The translations under genes were made by a program, and so were the position numbers. A stretch of DNA of 35,773 nucleotides from Mesotaenium endlicherianum. Lineage: Eukaryota. Position 1 is the first letter of the stretch. Each line of letters starts with the position of its first letter. The notes beneath the pieces are model-generated. The model had not been told where the DNA came from, did no database searches, and saw nothing but the letters and a program-made list of their open reading frames with translations. Below, in pieces: positions 26,979 through 35,773 of this stretch. Location: contig WELA01002119.1 of the NCBI GenBank assembly GCA_009602735.1, positions 427,708 through 463,480 on the forward strand. The letters are read 5' to 3'.

Positions 26979-29347
26979 GTGCAGCAGGCGCGGGAGCAGG
27001 TGCAGCAGCAGACATAGTTGCAAGTGCAGGCGCGGCAGCGGCAGCAGGCACGAGCGCAGGAGCCGGGGTGGGGGAGGCGAGCGTGAGCGGGAGCAGGAGA
27101 GGGAGTGAGGGCACAGCACATGCGCGCCCTGCCGCCGCACAAAAATAAATTTCTCCTCTCCTTCTCGCTCTCCCTCTCCCTCTCCCTCTCCCCTCTCTCC
27201 CTCCACCCCAAGTCCATAAGCCTCTACCCCAAACCCTGACCATAAACCCTGTAGGCCAAAGCCGCAACCCTAAATGCAGGAGAAGGGCGTGAGACGCGGC
27301 CCAGCACAATCAACTTGGCAGCATGTTCCAAACCTAACCAAGCCCCCGGCTCGCACACCCAGCACCCTTTGTCTCTGTCTCCCTGACATCGGCAGCGCCC
27401 TCTGATGCATTCTCTGCCGGAAGTCTGCAGGCTCCCCTCTCTCAGTCACCTAAGGCTTCCCTAATCGCCATGGCCGACGAGGACCCCTTGAGAAAGAAGG
27501 GTCGCAGCCTGTGAAGATAAGAGTTTTTCTGCATGGCAGATATCACCACGAGGCCAGCGGGGCAAGAGCTACGGGGAATGGCCATCTTGTCCATTAAGAG
27601 TCGACAGCTCAAATGTGCCGTAGCTTGCGCTGCTGCAACGTGTCCAGAGCTGCCAGGTGGCGGCAGCACAGAGGCCGGGGCGGGAGGCTGAGGCTGAGGC
27701 TGGGATGCTGACCTGGACGAGAAGGTGGTCTCACGCATGCGGAACTTGGAGTTTCTGACGCGCCCCAGGTACTCGAAGGCGCCCACACCCAGCGTCTTGG
27801 CGCGCTGCATTGCCACATGGCGCGCCACGACGGGCCCGCGGCTCCAGGTGAGCCACAGGCTTGAGGGGTTCTTCCCAGAGCTAGGGTTTCCAGTTTGGGA
27901 TTCTGGCAATCCCAGACCTCTAAGATTTATCAATAGTCGCAGCTGCTGCTGGGATCAAGCAGCAGCTCCAAGTGGCAAGGGAGGGGGAGAGCGGCGGGGG
28001 GNNNNNNNNNNNNNNNNNNNNNNNNNNNNNNNNNNNNNNNNNNNNNNNNNNNNNNNNNNNNNNNNNNNNNNNNNNNNNNNNNNNNGGGGGGGGATGAGGA
28101 GGGCATGTGCGAGGAGGAGTACCCCAATGAGATAGGGCAGATCGAACTTGCAGATGTTGTATCCTATGATGATGTCCGGGTCGGCCCCCTTGACGAGCTC
28201 CTGCAGGCGCCGCGCACAACAGGCAACCACGCCAGCCACATGCACCAGCCGACGACGACCCACTCGTGTGAGTGCAACCCTCCCTGCTTTTTCTATTCCC
28301 TGCCCAACGCGTGTGCCAGAGCCAGCCCTCTGAGCAAGGTGGGCTGATGTGAGTGCACCTTTCGTCGCACGGCTGCTTTCTGACTGACACGTGTCACCGT
28401 GCCAGCCACGCGAGCAAGCTGGTTATAAAAGAGCTGGACGTGCTGAACCTTTGCATCAAACTGGAGATCCGCTCTTCTCCTCTGACGCAAATATTTGGCC
28501 ATTCAAGCAGCAAAGCCCCAACCTCCAACATCCCATTCTTCAACTCACTCAACCACCAGCACTCCCCACTGTGCCTAGCAAGCAGGCAATCAGGCAAGCA
28601 GGCGAGAGGGGCAAGCGGGCGAGCGAGCGAGCAAACCAGCCAGCAGGCGAGAGGGGGGGCTGAGCTGGCGCACCTCCCAGGATTCCAGGGAGCTCAGTTG
28701 GTGCACTCCCCAAATTCCAGGGGGCTAAGGTGGCGTACATTCCAGGATGCCAGGGGGCTGAGGTGGCGTGGCGTTCCTTCCAAATTTCCAGGGGCTGACA
28801 TGGCGTGGCGTACCTTCCAGGACTCGAGGAGCTCGGCCTCGCGCTCGAACGACATGACCTCCACACCAGCAATGGGCGCGCACTGCTTGAGCGTCATCAC
28901 GTTGCGCAGCATCGGCTTCTCTGCGCCCTGCTCCGTCACCAGGTTGCCTATCTGCACGCCACATGCCATGCCACGTGTCACGCATAGCAGCACCCAGTAC
29001 GCCCCTCCCCATCGCCCATCCCCCCGACCAGGCGCACACCTGTCCGCTCAAATTCACTCCATGCGCGCATACCTCAAGCACAAGCCGTTGGCCACGCCCA
29101 CGCCCACGCCCACGCCCACGCCCACGCCCACGCCCACGCCCACGCCCGCACTCAGAACCCCCCAACCCCAACACCACCGCCAGCCAGGAAGAAAAGGACA
29201 TCGCCTATGCAGGTGGGAGAGTTGCGACGGAGGAACAGCTCTGGAACAGGTTCCATCTTGCAGAGTTTGATAGGCCCCTGGCCCTACGGCCCTGAGAGGC
29301 TTGATGGAGCCTCAGCCGGCGGAACTGGCTCAGGCACCACAGACACG

Positions 29348-29438
<91 letters not shown>

Positions 29439-32400
29439 NATTGCTGCAGCTCTACCATCAGGCAGCTGTCGCTCTGGAGAAACCACAGCTGACTCTGCTC
29501 AAAGGTGGAGCGGTATGTTGGACCCCACTAATGAATATGCACTTGTAAGCATATGCTGCATATGAAGGGGGGGGGGGAGGGGGGTTTGTATGCCCGCATG
29601 TGTACGCGGCTCACACAAACGACCTCGGCACGCCCCCTATCGGCACGCCCCTTATGGGACCTACCCATCTCTCCCTTTGCCATGCAAGCCACATTGCATG
29701 AGGGGCCCTGAGGAGCGCTCACAGGTGCACGTGACAGGTGGACGTGGTTGGTCGGTTGTGGATCGTCAGTCGCCCAAGGCACTCGTTCTCGCAACTCAAT
29801 GTGTGCGCAACGAGCTCAGGTGCCTCGGACAGGTGGCAGCACTCTGCCTTGCAGCCACAGCCAAAGCAGAGGGGGCAAGAGGGGGGGAGAGGTAGACGAG
29901 GAAGTGGACAAGCCGGCGGGGGTGAGGTTGGTGGAGTCAGGCTCGGGGGAGGTACGGACCGTGATGACGGGGTCGTGCTCCGGTTCGGGGAAGCGGCCCT
30001 TCCGGCCTTGGCACTCAATGTCGAAGCTGAGAATGCGGAAGGGAGCCATCTTGGAGAAGCGCCCCACTGGCGGATGGCTAACCAGCTCGTCATACCTGGC
30101 GCCCCACCCCCCCCATTTCCTCCTTTCAGTCCGGAGTAGAAGCAGTAGTGCTCATGCGCCCCTGTCTACACGTGCGTGTCTTGATGATGTTCTTCTAGCT
30201 CGTCCCTTGAGGAAAGGAGGGCAGGAAGGGGGGACTATATATTTGTACAGTGGACTGACGAAGAGAAAGAGAGAGCATGGAGAGAAGAGGAGGAGAGGGC
30301 ATAGGTTGCGGACTGATGCCTGCGTCGTAAGTACACACAAATTTCAACTTGCAGCTGCATCGGTGGTCGAGATATACATGTCAAACGGATCCCTCGACCC
30401 CGCCGCAAAAACCCTCAGGACTAAAGCATTACACATGAATTCCTTCGCTTTAGAACCCCAAAGAGGCGGGACGCTCACGCATCCCCATCCATGGCTGTCC
30501 AGCCTCGATTCCCGACAGAGCAGCCTCCGCTTCCATCCATTCAGCGCAACTCTCGTTGATGCAGCAGTTCGTGCACCTTCACTCTCTTCAGGATTATTTG
30601 TGCAGGCTCGCAGTCCACTTATAGTGTAGATTTTTTAAGGGTTACCAGGTTCTGAAGTCAGGGGTTCAGGGCTTAACAACTGGAGCACGACGGCGAGCTC
30701 TGCAGCTGCCGGCTTGCTCGCTGGCATATGTGCACCGACAAGTTTGTTTTCTTGCACTTTCCCTTCTACCATGTGTCATCAACTCATAGGCTGCAAAAAC
30801 GGCGGATAAGCCCTGGGTGAAGAGGCGGCAAGTAGGTCAGAAGATAAGGATGGGGGGAGAGGGTTAGGGTAACGAGAGAGAAAGAGGAGTACCTGATATC
30901 AAACTCCAGCTGGCACCACGTCATCGGATGCTGTCGCTGGTGGTACTTGCCAGCTGGCAGCTCGATCCAGTTCCCCCCCGATATCTTGCAGTCGATCATG
31001 AACCTCAGGACATACAGGATGTTGCTCTCGTACGTCAGCATCGGCTGGTAGAAGCCCTCGTAGGGGATTGATCCCTTCTCCAGAAATCCTGCAACCCCTC
31101 GGTGAGAGCGGGGTTCAGGGTTTGCTATTGTGAATAAAGGGTTCAGAGTTTGAGTGATGTGCACAGCCGGCTCTGACCCGGCCCAGCTCGAGTCCTCCTG
31201 TCCTCGCATGCATTCAACCCTACGCCCTGAACCCTGACTGCAAAACTATCCCCAGCCCCTAGCTCCCCCGGGCCGGCCAGCCAGGGAGCACTCCGCTCGC
31301 GGCTTCTGCCACGTAGCACGATTTACCAACATGTTAAGCAATCATGACATTTGATTGCTGAGATTGCACGCTTTACGCTGACAGACAACTGTTCCTCCCG
31401 CATTCTCTTCTCATCACGCACATCCCACCCCTCTCCCCCCCAAAAAAATCTTCTCGGAGCAAATGTTCCCCACCCAAATCTCCCCTCCCCCCCCTGCAAG
31501 AATTGGATATTGTATCTTGTCTCTGCACCGATCGAGGATGCCCACGGCTAGCTTGTCGCAAGGGAGGGGGTGTCGCACCCGGCGCCCTCCCTACCTCGAC
31601 AGGTGGCGACCATTGTGGGCAGCGCCGTCGTGATCTTGATGAACCATGCGCTCTTGGACGGCTGATAATGCATCACGCTCTGCTTCTTCTTGAGCTCCAC
31701 TTTGACGATGCTCACATTCTTCATGTGGGCCTGCCAGCACCCACAGGCAAGAGATTGAAAGCTTCAGGCCCTCGCCCTCCTCCCTCTCCTTCTCCCCCCC
31801 CCCNNNNNNNNNNNNNNNNNNNNNNNNNNNNNNNNNNNNNNNNNNNNNNNNNNNNNNNNNNNNNNNNNNNNNNNNNNNNNNNNNNNNNNNNNNNNNNNNN
31901 NNNNNNNNNNNNNNNNNNNNNNNNNNNNNNNNNNNNNNNNNNNNNNNNNNNNNNNNNNNNNNNNNNNNNNNNNNNNNNNNNNNNNNNNNNNNNNNNNNNN
32001 NNNNNNNNNNNNNNNNNNNNNNNNNNNNNNNNNNNNNNNNNNNNNNNNNNNNNNNNNNNNNNNNNNNNNNNNNNNNNNNNNNNNNNNNNNNNNNNNNNNN
32101 NNNNNNNNNNNNNNNNNNNNNNNNNNNNNNNNNNNNNNNNNNNNNNNNNNNNNNNNNNNNNNNNNNNNNNNNNNNNNNNNNNNNNNNNNCATTCTCCCCC
32201 TCTCTCTCTCTCCCCACGCCCCTCTCCCTCACCCCCCATGTCTAGAGTTTAGGGGATTGCAATTTGAGTTTGCGGGCGTATCCCTGCCCTTGTTGAAATG
32301 AAGGCTTGCACTCTCTACGACCGGTGCCAGTGCAAGTAGGATGCAGGCCTCGTGCGTGTTCACGTGCTCCCTCGACACCTCGTGGCTTCTTGCCAAGTGT

Positions 32401-33647
32401 TGAAAGCTTACCTCCAGAGTCCTCTTCAGGGGCTCCAGGTCATCATGTGCAAAGCCAGGTGGCGCGCACACGTACAGGTACGGCTGGAAGCCATAGACAA
32501 GCGCACACACACTGTTTCCTGCGAATGTACGTATACCCACGAACCCAGAATGCTCACAAAAGTTTGTTAAGTGCGGGTCTGAAACCCGGCTGCGACTCTC
32601 TGCCCCCGCTGTGTCCCTCTTACCACCTAATCAACACTTGAAAAGGAGCGGCAGCCCATTACAAGCCTACGGAGCAAGTCAGATATGCATGGAAGTTATC
32701 GTGCCTGCTCCTAACAGCTGCTTGGCAGCCCTATGTATGCCCATGCTACATGTCATCTTCAGAAAGATCAAGCTCCACCACTGGAAGCTACAGCCCCGCC
32801 CGCAGTGACGTGCAAATATGGTTCATAGCCTGCACGCCACACAGTTCACTGTATCTACTTGGGATATCCTGCCGTGAGATGTCCGATGTGCGCGGGGGAA
32901 GCCCTCATTTTCCTTCACGGAAAGTAAACTGGATGAGGTTCAATTGGGTGAGAAAGTGAGTGGGGCCCGGAAGTTCTGGCCATGTCTGAGCCTGCTGTCT
33001 ACCCGCACATGGCACATTATGAGCCAAATTTGATATGATGACTGAAAGACTCTGGTCTTGCTCGGTACCCAGCTAGCTACGGGCTCAGCTTCTGGCTCCG
33101 CAACTTCACTCATATGCTTCCCCCTTTGTACCATATCCTGCTCCGAAACATACCCTTTTCTGTGACGCCATATATGCGCAGGATTGCACTCTGACTTTCT
33201 TGTGAAAGCACTTCTTTTGGGCTGTGACCGATGACATAGTCAATCTCGAGCTGCTGGAAAACTGCACAAAAAAAAGTACGATTTCAACGCCAACAGTGTA
33301 CTCTACTTAGATAACTGCAGCTTGTAGCGACTGCGCAAGACAATAAAATCACAAGGCAGCGCACCACAGAGCTCCACTCCAGAATCGTATAAGTCACCTA
33401 TAGAATCAGTTTTTGGATCAACTGCATCAGGACTCGGCCTTTTCCAGTTTTCAATTCTTGCTGAAGTGGACAATAGTCCGCGGCTTTCAAGCTCTGCATC
33501 TCTCATGAACTGATCGTCATCAAGGGTAATATCAACGTCTTGATCTTGAAGGTAGTCTTCTTCAATATCAGGGGCAGAGTCATCAAAATCAATATTTGCT
33601 CGCTTTGCAGGAGGAAGCTGAACATCCCCCGGGCGCTTACTATCCAT
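11062..33647 (-). CDS. POLD1: DNA polymerase delta catalytic subunit (family B), 27 visible exons, one internal segment missing in assembly gaps
   Basis: Exons: 33647-33398, 33261-33154, 32518-32412, 31730-31595, 31088-30893, 30095-29960, 28951-28814, 28200-28123, 27804-27713, 26897-26759, 25038-24952, 24257-24153 (cut by N), 21621-21526, 21093-21028, 20259-20203, 19725-19638, 19280-19201, 18924-18811, 18200-18086, 16993-16821, 16207-16076, 15347-15273, 15039-14950, 13388-13228, 12756-12683, 11681-11594, 11155-11062. Phases are consistent at all complete junctions. Motifs present: ExoI SFDIEC, Exo[10 protein letters not shown], ExoIII YCLK|D, motif [16 protein letters not shown], motif [21 protein letters not shown], CysA (CLAC...CKDC) and CysB (CQRC...CTSRDC). 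Confidence 0.97.
12591..12675. repeat. Degenerate ~20 bp minisatellite, ~4 copies
   Basis: GAGTGAGAGGGGGG(G)TGACGC-like units lie directly after the donor at 12682. Confidence 0.75.
19741..19767. repeat. (CAGT)n tetranucleotide repeat, reading (CTGA)n in the transcript, next to an acceptor
   Basis: About 6.5 units ending about 15 nt upstream of the 19726 acceptor. Other short repeats: (GCAT)n 3175-3199, (CCGT)n 13392-13417, (CAGC)n 17635-17674, (TGCCGTAAC)3 11296-11326. Confidence 0.85.
22569..23216. other. Assembly gap probably hiding POLD1 exon(s)
   Basis: N-run. Other gaps are at 14239-14740, 25376-26282, 28002-28085 and 31804-32189, with single Ns at 24152 and 29439. Most gaps abut G- or C-homopolymers. 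Confidence 0.9.
26931..26975. repeat. (CAG)n/(CTG)n trinucleotide microsatellite, intronic
   Basis: About 15 perfect CAG units located upstream of the POLD1 acceptor at 26898. Confidence 0.9.
28652..28822 (-). repeat. Degenerate ~33-38 bp minisatellite, 5 copies, starting across an exon/intron junction
   Basis: Minus-strand units: TCCTGGAAG|GTACGCCACGCCATGTCAGCCCCTGGAAA, TTTGGAAGGAACGCCACGCCACCTCAGCCCCCTGGCA, TCCTGGAATGTACGCCACCTTAGCCCCCTGGAA, TTTGGGGAGTGCACCAACTGAGCTCCCTGGAA, TCCTGGGAGGTGCGCCAGCTCAGCCCCCCC. Confidence 0.8.
29092..29147. repeat. (CCACGC)n hexanucleotide microsatellite, intronic
   Basis: About 9 tandem units visible in the sequence. Confidence 0.9.
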
Positions 33648-33660
33648 CTCCAGCTACTAG

Positions 33661-33764
33661 CTGTAAGAGAATTGAGCTGTAAGTAGATGAGGCTATTCAA
33701 ACACTGAAATGAGCATCACAACTCAAGCGCGTTACAATTCTTGCAGCTTCGAGCAATAACTTAC
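33661..33764 (-). other. Probable 5'UTR intron of POLD1
   Basis: On the minus strand there is a perfect GTAAGT donor at 33764 and a TTCTCTTACAG acceptor ending at 33661, 13 nt before the ATG. A second TTACAG lies 17 nt upstream. Confidence 0.45.
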
Positions 33765-33908
33765 GAGTCGTGCATTACGACAATGTTTTGTCAAGCTGAA
33801 TGAAGCCATGCAAGCATTTAGTGATCGTTGTCACGGGGGTCCACTAATTAGAAGGGGGATTGCGCCCTGTTGACCGCAAATCAAAAACTGACGAGACGGG
33901 GGTATCAA

Positions 33909-33920
33909 TTTGGCGGGAGA
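33909..33920. promoter_or_regulatory. E2F-binding site in the POLD1 promoter
   Basis: TTTGGCGGGAGA matches TTTSSCGS on the plus strand, with an overlapping TCTCCCGC on the minus strand, about 260 bp upstream of the POLD1 ATG. E2F control of replication genes is established. Confidence 0.65.
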
Positions 33921-34665
33921 TCAAGATATCAAACTTGCAATTTATCAAAATTGAAGAATATCCTTGATATTACTCTCGCGCCCGTATGCATAAGCTCACA
34001 CCTTGCGGGCACCAGCGCTGACCAGCGCTCTCAATCGCTCGTAAAATGTCATGAGTCGCAGTTACGGCACGGAATTGTCGGTGCTCATACCTGTCAAACA
34101 TCTTGCCGTTGGATTGCCGTGGATCGACATAAATGGAGAAAATGGGAGAAAATGTCGTTGACAATCCGTCGAAGGCAGGGATGGGCTGGGACCAGGCTGG
34201 GACTGGACTAGGATCAGGCTGGGACGGGCAGGTTATTGCAAATGACGTCAGGTCAACGGCCAAGCGACTCCTGGAACGACGTGAACGACTAGACCAAAAC
34301 TGACCACCCAATGGACCAGAGCCGCTCGTAACACACTTGAAGCCTTGAAGCCTGAAGCCATTTCAAGCTGGGAAGCCACGTCTTCACAGCAAGCTTCTAG
34401 TTTAGGGACAAACAAATGCGAAATGTAATTTCGTTAAGCGGTTTCCTAGAGGAGCACGTAGTCGTCAGCTATGGGGACCCTGCTTTTGGAGGAAAGACAG
34501 AATACCGAGATGCAAGAAAGGCCTCACTCTGGAAGGTGATGCTGGCTGCATAAGTGTTGGCCGCTGCACATAAGTTACTGGTACTTGAACTTAAAGAAAC
34601 GTAGATCTTGTTAGTGACCGCATCCTTGGGCTGTCCAGGGAAGTGAGGGACCCGATGAATTGGCA

Positions 34666-35744
34666 ATGAGGAATCGTCGAATTGCCATTATTTTCGTTGT
34701 TACCGCTGCCCTTGTCACGATCTCCATCGTGCAGTTGAAGATACAGCAACTGTTGAAGATTCTCTTTGTCGGAGGTCTTGCAAATATGATCAGCTACTAC
34801 TTCTATGGGAGCCTTCTTCAGCGACGGATCAAAATATTTGTCGTCGCCATTACTGTCTTTGTGGACTACAGGGTAAGATATCCCGCTCGCCATCACTTCA
34901 CTGTATGAACATAAGAAAACGCGTTGAACGTACAGTCCCATCTTTAGCTACGCTTACGAGTATGTCAGTAGAACGTGGGGTCGCAGCCAATTGCGTCGCC
35001 TTTTGGTAGTTTTTTTCAGTGAGTGACACGTTGTAGAAGCAGCAGTCATAGTCAGCTGAGCAACGGGCAACCAGAGGCGAAGTTGATGACCACATGAGAT
35101 TTTCACATGTAGCCCCGGGTGCTAGAAATGAGCAACGCTGTGGAGCTATCCTATAGGTTGAGGAGTCCTATAGACGAGGTTTGGGGGACCCCCAAAATCC
35201 CTGAGCTTCTCAATGTGTAGCGGCTTGCACGCTTGCCTGTTTGCATGCGCTTTTTGCAAGCTGTAAGGGCGTGTTTGAGTATATGTGATGTGTGAAGTAA
35301 CAGCACCAGCATCATGTAGCAGGCCTCCATTTGGAGTTAGGCGGATTCTTACATACGCTGAGCGGTGGAAAATACTTAGCTTGCAGCCCAGCCTAACTCT
35401 GATGGTGCCTGCTCAGACTCACACCCATCCCCCCCTACCCCTTCCCTGGGTGCGCTCCTGGCTCCCTGTGTCCAAATGTGGCCCCTACCCCCTACTATTC
35501 GCGCGGGCAGATTGCCAGGAAGTACGACAAGTGGCTGCTAACGAGCCAGCGGAAGAAGGATGCCATGTGGGAGCGCGCGCACGAGCGCAACGCCAAGCGA
35601 GTGTACCGCGCCATCGTGAGCCTGGAGGGCCTGTGGGTGAAGGCGGGGCAGTACCTGTCCACGCGCGCGGACGTGCTGCCGGAGCCCTACATCCGCCGCC
35701 TCAAGCTGCTGCAGGACACGCTCCCCCCTAGGCCCCTCTCTGAG
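34666..35744 (+). CDS. ABC1/UbiB (ADCK) atypical kinase, first two exons; resembles the plant ABC1K subtype that carries a C-terminal beta-lactamase-like domain; continues beyond right edge
   Basis: Exon 34666-34872 (...RRIKIFVVAITVFVDYR, donor GTAAG) and exon 35511-35744 (IARKYDKWLL...WERAHERNAKRVYRAIVSLEGLWVKAGQYLSTRADVLPEPYIRRLKLLQDTLPPRPLSE, donor GT). KxGQ and LxxLQD are ABC1-family hallmarks. The start could instead be ATG 34786. The subtype assignment is from recalled similarity only. Confidence 0.88.
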
Positions 35745-35773
35745 GTCACCCCTGCCCCCTCCCCCCCTACCCC

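Noticed and set aside
26667..27309. PolyQ, polyA, polyL and polyC ORFs
   Set aside because: Readings of an intronic (CAG)n tract; the POLD1 exon starts at 26897, outside the repeat.
28652..28822. CRISPR-like appearance of ~35-bp repeats
   Set aside because: Units are contiguous and degenerate with no unique spacers, lie in a eukaryotic intron, and no cas genes are present.
29348..29439. ~90-nt poly-C run / polyproline or polyglycine ORF
   Set aside because: It ends in an N and resembles the G/C runs at gap edges, so it is likely a sequencing or assembly artefact.
13590..32252. Long ORFs of 200-580 aa in the ORF track containing X runs
   Set aside because: They are open only because they cross N-gaps and low-complexity flanks.
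11062..33647. Family B polymerase as a sign of a Polinton or endogenous giant virus
   Set aside because: It is intron-rich, has CysA/CysB and an E2F site, and is flanked by housekeeping genes, consistent with cellular Pol delta. No integrase, capsid gene or terminal repeats are seen.
35180..35196. Perfect short palindrome TTTGGGGG-A-CCCCCAAA (also CCCCATT-G-AATGGGG near 23870-23884)
   Set aside because: Short and low in complexity, with no element boundaries or target-site duplications to support a MITE or ncRNA.

Overview
Eukaryotic, GC-rich, intron-rich genomic DNA. The proteins look like those of land plants or streptophyte green algae, but the exact taxon cannot be fixed from the sequence. 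It is a draft assembly with five N-gaps and two single-N joins. Four genes can be reconstructed exon by exon: (1) the 5' part of a ZFYVE26/spastizin-like gene on the minus strand (ATG 7482, 7 exons, running off the left edge); (2) a two-exon ubiquitin-RPS27a fusion gene on the plus strand (8335-9166), head-to-head with (1); (3) the DNA polymerase delta catalytic subunit gene POLD1 on the minus strand (33647-11062, 27 visible exons; roughly 75 codons including motif A are missing, probably lost in an assembly gap); (4) the first two exons of an ABC1/UbiB atypical kinase on the plus strand (from 34666), head-to-head with POLD1 across a promoter with an E2F site. Most ORFs in the supplied track are artefacts of microsatellites or N-runs. 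The most notable observations are a 20-aa C-x2-C-x9-C-x2-H insertion in the Pol delta thumb region, and an unusual intron architecture. Internal introns lack a 3' polypyrimidine tract, are C-rich after the donor and G-rich before the acceptor, often have complementary ends, and repeatedly carry a GACACGTGGC-type element beside splice sites.
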